Assembly: GCA_030141605.1 (NCBI GenBank)
Contig: JAQGDQ010002370.1
Coordinates: 89,167 to 153,166 of the forward strand
DNA: 64,000 bases
Reading direction: 5' to 3'
From: Tubiluchus corallicola
Lineage: Eukaryota; Animalia; Priapulida
A model generated the notes under the pieces. It worked only from the letters and a program-made list of their open reading frames with translations. It was not told the DNA's origin and searched no databases. Within the stretch, counting starts at the first letter, position 1. Each line of letters opens with the position of its first letter. This document shows positions 58,376 through 64,000 of the stretch, one piece after another. A program made the position numbers and the translations under genes.

Positions 58376-61300
58376 TTAAAAATTATCAAGATATGATGAG
58401 AATGAAGGAAAGACAATGCTGACTATAGTTAAGCATAATGCAGTGCAAATAGAACCATGATAGATTCTTGCTCCTGAATCTATAATTTCATTATCTTTGT
58501 TCGATATTGTTCGTTGCTCACTGGAAGTTGGAGGATGGTCGGGCTTGTGGCGGAGTATTCTGCCATCTGAAAAAGCAGTTGTTTTTATATATACAAACAA
58601 TTTTAATAAATCCATCGGTTTGTTACTCAGCTTCAAATGCAAAGATGTTGGGCTACTTTAGTATTAAAAAAAATTGGTAAACGATTGCTTTCCTTTTTAG
58701 AGGAACTAGTCCAACTCAGTCAGAAGATTGTGAGAACTGTGCTTTCATTTACTACATTACTGCCTAATTGAGCAGAAACAGAAAGTGTTGAAACTTCAAT
58801 TTCAAGTATGTAGTTTAGTAGCCTATTTAAGTGCCAATTAAAATTTCTGTTACTATAAGCTGCTGCAAAGTAATTTATCAAAATCTGTTTATACCTTAGA
58901 TAAGTTTAACTTTCATTCTTTTTTGAGTTCTTCATTCTTGTACTTACCTGAGTCAATTTCATCTCCCCATGGATGAAGATGGTACCATGGTTTACTTAAA
59001 TCATAATTCATATCATTGATGGTGCTAGTAAGACTTTTCGTAAACTGACAGTTGATTCTTCCATCCGCATAATTTGCTTTGACATTGGTGACTTCGTTAT
59101 TTGTCTGTAATTCACTTCTGGTATGTCCACCAGGATTCCAATAGTGGTCTACCCTTACCACGTCATTTTCAAGAACACATACGTACACATCGTCTTCACC
59201 CTATAACCACAGTTTTAAGTTTAGAGTGAAATTGTAATATCGCATATAGAAACTCGAACAAATGCTGCAAAATATTCAATAGTATACACCCATTGATCGA
59301 CCTGAAAACAATGCAATGCAAGAAATGCTATTTTACCATAGCATAAGGAAATGTATAGGAAAAAGCGGAAAATTCTACAAGTAGACTGTTTCCTTGTCTA
59401 CTGGGGCATGCTGTAATAGGCATGGAAAAGACAGCTGTCACATGATAGCCAAAATATTTGGATACTTTTCTAATGGAATATCAGAAGTATCAGTTGAAAA
59501 ATATTCGAATTTTTAGGCACTACTCACCATAGTGTTGTCTTCAGAAAACCCCATTCCTATCCAGCCCTCAGCTTTCCCTGTCATTTGTATTGTAACGTCA
59601 TCAGTGTCAGCTGTGTATACGGTTGCTTTCTGACATGTGCTTGGTGTGCAATCTTTTTCCCCATAGCGAAAGCAGCCACTTGTTTTACCGCAGGTTTCAA
59701 AACTGATGACTACGTCTTCTGAGGTGTCTTTTAGCACTTCATCTGATTGTACCTTTACCCAAAACTTGGTTTTCTCTTGCACTACTGTGGCACTGTAATA
59801 AGTAGAATTATAATCAGAAATATGTTTATCAGCCACCATTATCCCTCTACCGTTTCACTCCTCCTTCACAATACTAAACCTTTACCCTTGTCTCTCTTCA
59901 TTCATAACTTGCAATATTTTACAAACTTTCTCTTCAGATGTCACTGCATTACAAGTAATTACGTTATTGTATGTTTGAAATGTGATACACTTTGTTTAAG
60001 GTGATACACAAATTTGTTAATAAATTATTATAGATTGCTTGAAAGGGTGGAATACAGTACTACAAGTATTACTATTGCTATGTATGTTGTGTAGAGTATT
60101 AAAATAAATGCAGTACAGAAAGGAGAAATAAGCTCAAAACAAGTAGTGGCATGATAGTAGTGGCTCAGAACAAGATATTTTGCAACAGTACAGTATTTTG
60201 CCCTGTTGCAAATTCTATTCATTGCAAAATTTTCTTTTTCTTTGCAAAATTACATAATAATGAACGCTGATGTTCATAATTAGCATACTACAGGATCGTA
60301 GACAGTAATATGCAGGTTCTGAAGTTCTTTATTTGTGAATGTAATAACACAAATATGTCTCTCTGTAAGTGGTGCTGCACTTCACCATCACTGAACTGTG
60401 AACACAGTGGCTTAATCTTGCAGAGCCTTTTCGTCAGTGCCTACAAAAGTATATTGCAGGCTTGGTAATAGTACTTGTGAAAGGGCTATTAATTTCTTGT
60501 GCTAGTTTTCACTACACTGAATATACACTACTCGGTTTTTAGTTTACCAGGGAAAAAATTCTAGACTAATTTTCCATAAATACAGCATTCTCTTGCAATT
60601 TCTTCTGTTTGTTGCAGTGATCAGTACCATGTGTTTTTGATGCTTTGATTCGTTTAGTCTATTGTAAATATGTTATTGTGCTAAGATCAGCTATAAGTAT
60701 GCGGTGCTAAAAATCATAGTTTTTTACTTACACAAATGTGATTTTTTCAGGACCATTGTTTGGAGCAGTCCATACAAACTCCAGATCTGTTTTGTCATTG
60801 TTGTCTTTATGTGTAATGTAATGTCCACCATTGTCACAGTCTCTCTTCTGTGTCTCGGTGGGAAAGTCACTGAACTCGCCTACCCGAGTTTCTGCAGTAT
60901 CTCTTGCTTGCAGCATAAATCCTTTGAAAGTTCCTTTGATCGTAACTGCAAAAGAGATGCTAAAACTTAAGAGTTCAAAGAATAAAAAATCGTTTTCCTT
61001 ATAAAATCAATATAGATAGTAGTGGAACTAACGCTCGTAATATTAATTTTTGATTGACATTTCTGGCATGTTACTGAAAATATTTTTTGAAGTTAATTTA
61101 GTATTCTGTGCTTTGAGTTGTCATAATCAAAGCTACAAATAAAATGCATTTATATGAGGGATATGTTCTTTTGGAATCATGTCTTCTCTGTTACTTTTTT
61201 TAGATGAACATTTCTTTGTTGTGTAGCCAGTACCCTTCCTAGGAGTGCTAGTTGGCTTGAATGGGGAAATACAATAAACGTGCTAGTGCTTACTCTCTCT

Positions 61301-63663
61301 TTCTCTCTTTCATACATGTTTGTTAACATCGTGACCAACAGTTATTCATGCCAACCATTTTTTGGAACTGTTGCAAGAAAAGTTTTTATATAACTGCTTC
61401 AATGAAAATGAGCCACCTCTATCAAATATAATTTGTAGATTTTTTAACTACATGTATATAAAACTTCTCTTTCCTTAAGTTGTTGACCTATAGGTTTGTC
61501 GTGCATTTCAGGCACTTCCGTATATAATATTTTTATTCATTTTAGCTTAATACGTACCAAATTTTCGTGTCCAATTTAAGGTTAACATTAACAGACATGT
61601 TAATTTTTGTCTAGCGTAGAGACGACATTTAACTGTTTAACCATGTGTTTATGTGTACTGTCCCAATTAAACACACTAATCTTGTATGTGGCATGATGTT
61701 TGCGTAGGTCTCGGTGAATGCTGTTTATTTGTCCTGGGTTGATTGGTTGAGTTAGTTCTTATTTGATAAATGACCACTTCAACATGAAGTGGTGGGGTCC
61801 ACCCTGTTCCTTGGCCTATTACAGGTAATATGCAGTACAAATGTAGAGTAGCCTACATGCCATTTTAATGAAATTACAATGTCGTATCGCCTGTCATATC
61901 AATGATATCTTGGTTTTTATATTTTACGTAATATTATTTTATATTTTCAACCTATTATACTAATTAATTCCGTACTATTATTGCTGTTGCCACCTACATT
62001 ACGCACTTTGAGTCTAATATTTTTTTAATTCTTTCCTACATAAGAATTAAAGGACAAGAGGAGCTTTGAGATGATGACTTTTTCAGTATATGAGCTATAT
62101 GTTTTCTGTTTCCCTTCAGTCGACTGCACTATTTTTCTCTAGTGTAAAATTCTGCTGCCCTATTCATTAGCCTACAGACACGTATCAGTCCTGCTTCCCA
62201 GTTCAAATTCTGTTATAATTATTTTTTATATAGTTGCGCTGGCAGTCTTGTACTCCTGTATTGTAAATGTTTTCCTTTAAAACATGGTAAAACGCAAAAT
62301 CTGACCAACAATAAATTACAATTGTTATTTGTGCAATTTATGCTAACATTTTTTAAGCATTTGTTAGTGAAAATCAATAAATATTTCCGCTAAAATTTAC
62401 AATTCTCCACACAAGAAATTAGTTCGTGAAGCGGATTAGGATAGGTTTAATGTATTTAAACTGCAAGGGGGTGGTAAACTCCTTCCAATATTTTAGTATA
62501 TTTGTTAATTAAACGATTCCATCGTTAATTATGTAGTTTCAACAGCTGTTCACATTACCCATGCAGCAAATGATTAACATTAAGTACTTTACAAGATGTA
62601 GCACTAGTTACATGGCTGACATCTGTGATGCATGGCTATATCTGTACCAATTTTTGTATTTTAGTTTAGTAGTTCATATCGTATATTAATGCTGTGAGTT
62701 TAACTGCTAGACACTTTATATCTTGTTTGCAGTATAGCTCAATATAAGTTTTTTTGAAAGGCTCGCTTTCAGTAGCAATCAGACTAACATTGACTAACTC
62801 TAAAGCCTAGACCAATGATTTTCCACATTGGATGGAATTATACTGTACTGATTATCTTAGCTGATCATAATGTCTGTTGGGTGCTGACGTTCTCCTTTCA
62901 CGTCAAATCATTTCCGTGATATCGAGTTCACATGGGAAATTTCATGGGAAATACAGCAACTGAACATACTGCAGCGTATTTACAAAATTACAAACAGTAT
63001 GTGATTTGGAATTTTGCGAAATTCTAGAAAATTGTGACGAATGTTTTTGCTGTCCAAGGGGAAATTCAAGAACCTTGGAAGTTAAAAAGTATGAACTAGC
63101 AAAAATATTGCTTATAGCACCGGTTCTACCACATAAGTAATTTTTTATTCGATGATACCTATTAACTTTGCGAAACTATGAGATCTCTACCTAACTTAAT
63201 AATATTGACGCTATTGCACTTCATCGCGTATGGCAACCACACAAAAAGGGAGTAGAATAATTCAGTTCGTAGTTTCTAGCGTCGAAAGTGTATTGCGGAG
63301 GCAGCGATTGAGAACATATGTGGACGATATTATTTGCAATAGCGATTTTTTTACGTTAGGATCACAATTATAATAATTATTACTTTGCTGCTAAAATGGT
63401 TAAGTCAATGCTCATAGACTGCCTCAGTTTATCAGGCGCTGGACTCACATACATATATAAAACTTACCTGTTACCTGGTCGCCCGGTTTATATGTCGATA
63501 CGGATGTCTCAATTGTGTATGGAGTCGGATCGTCACTTGGCTGCGCTCCATGTAAAGTAGCATCTGGGGTCATTTGCTCGCATTGTTCTACAGGTGCTCC
63601 GCTTGGATACGCGAAAATATCGCTCACTAACGCAAAAATGATTACCAGTAAAGTGGCTTTCAT
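58376..63663 (-). CDS. Reeler plus DOMON domain surface protein (FRRS1/SDR2-like ectodomain, no cytochrome b561), 5 coding exons, about 372 aa
   Basis: Exons 63663-63468, 60945-60732, 59792-59528, 59200-58948, 58566-58376 are in frame. Signal peptide; Reeler (YPSGAP..C..MTP, FKGFMLQAR, WTAP, FVATVVQ...FW); CGKTSGC linker; DOMON (GWIGMGFSEDNTMGEDDVYVC, DGRINCQF); hydrophobic C-terminus. Confidence 0.9.
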
Positions 63664-64000
63664 ACCGCTGATCGACGACTGTTTCGTTTCTTTTTAAACA
63701 GAAGTTTATTATTATTGACAGGTGGCTATTATGGCACCCACATATACTGCATAATATTTTATGAATTCTACCCAGTTGCTCTACTCCGCTAACTGACTGT
63801 TAAGACTTTATCTAGGTGGCGCGAGTATGCAGGAAAGCAAACTTGCATGTTTGGCAAAATTTAGATCCTAGAGTACCAATGCCGGCAAGGCTCTACTATA
63901 TAGAAATAATTTAAACATAGAGTCATGATTAAAAGACTAGCGATTGAAGCTATAAACTGCAGCGTTTAGTGGTACTTTGATGGAGTCTCGTTAGACAGAC

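Overview
AT-rich animal (invertebrate-type) genomic DNA with spliceosomal introns; no prokaryotic features. I reconstructed the gene models by hand from GT/GC-AG boundaries and reading-frame phase. Host genes: the 3' end of a SWEET/SLC50A1 sugar transporter (+); a complete 27-exon integrin alpha subunit without an I-domain (+, about 1143 aa); two near-identical CHMP2A/Vps2 copies with intronless CDS in a 4888-bp tandem duplication (-); METTL6 (+); and a signal peptide-Reeler-DOMON protein lacking the cytochrome b561 domain (-). Integrin intron 24 (about 12.2 kb) holds a nested stack: a (GA)n tract, then a 5'-truncated LINE, then head-to-tail non-autonomous Helitrons, then a young full-length Ty3/Gypsy element. 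The Gypsy element is the most unusual object. It has an intron-like segment inside its LTR just before a gag ATG, a non-canonical -1 frameshift signal, a ~325-aa integrase tail with PPxY and PSAP motifs, and a ~1.5-kb env-less 3' region with several splice signals and a small overlapping ORF. Several MITEs and LINE relics are also present. All family assignments come from motif recognition; no database searches were run.
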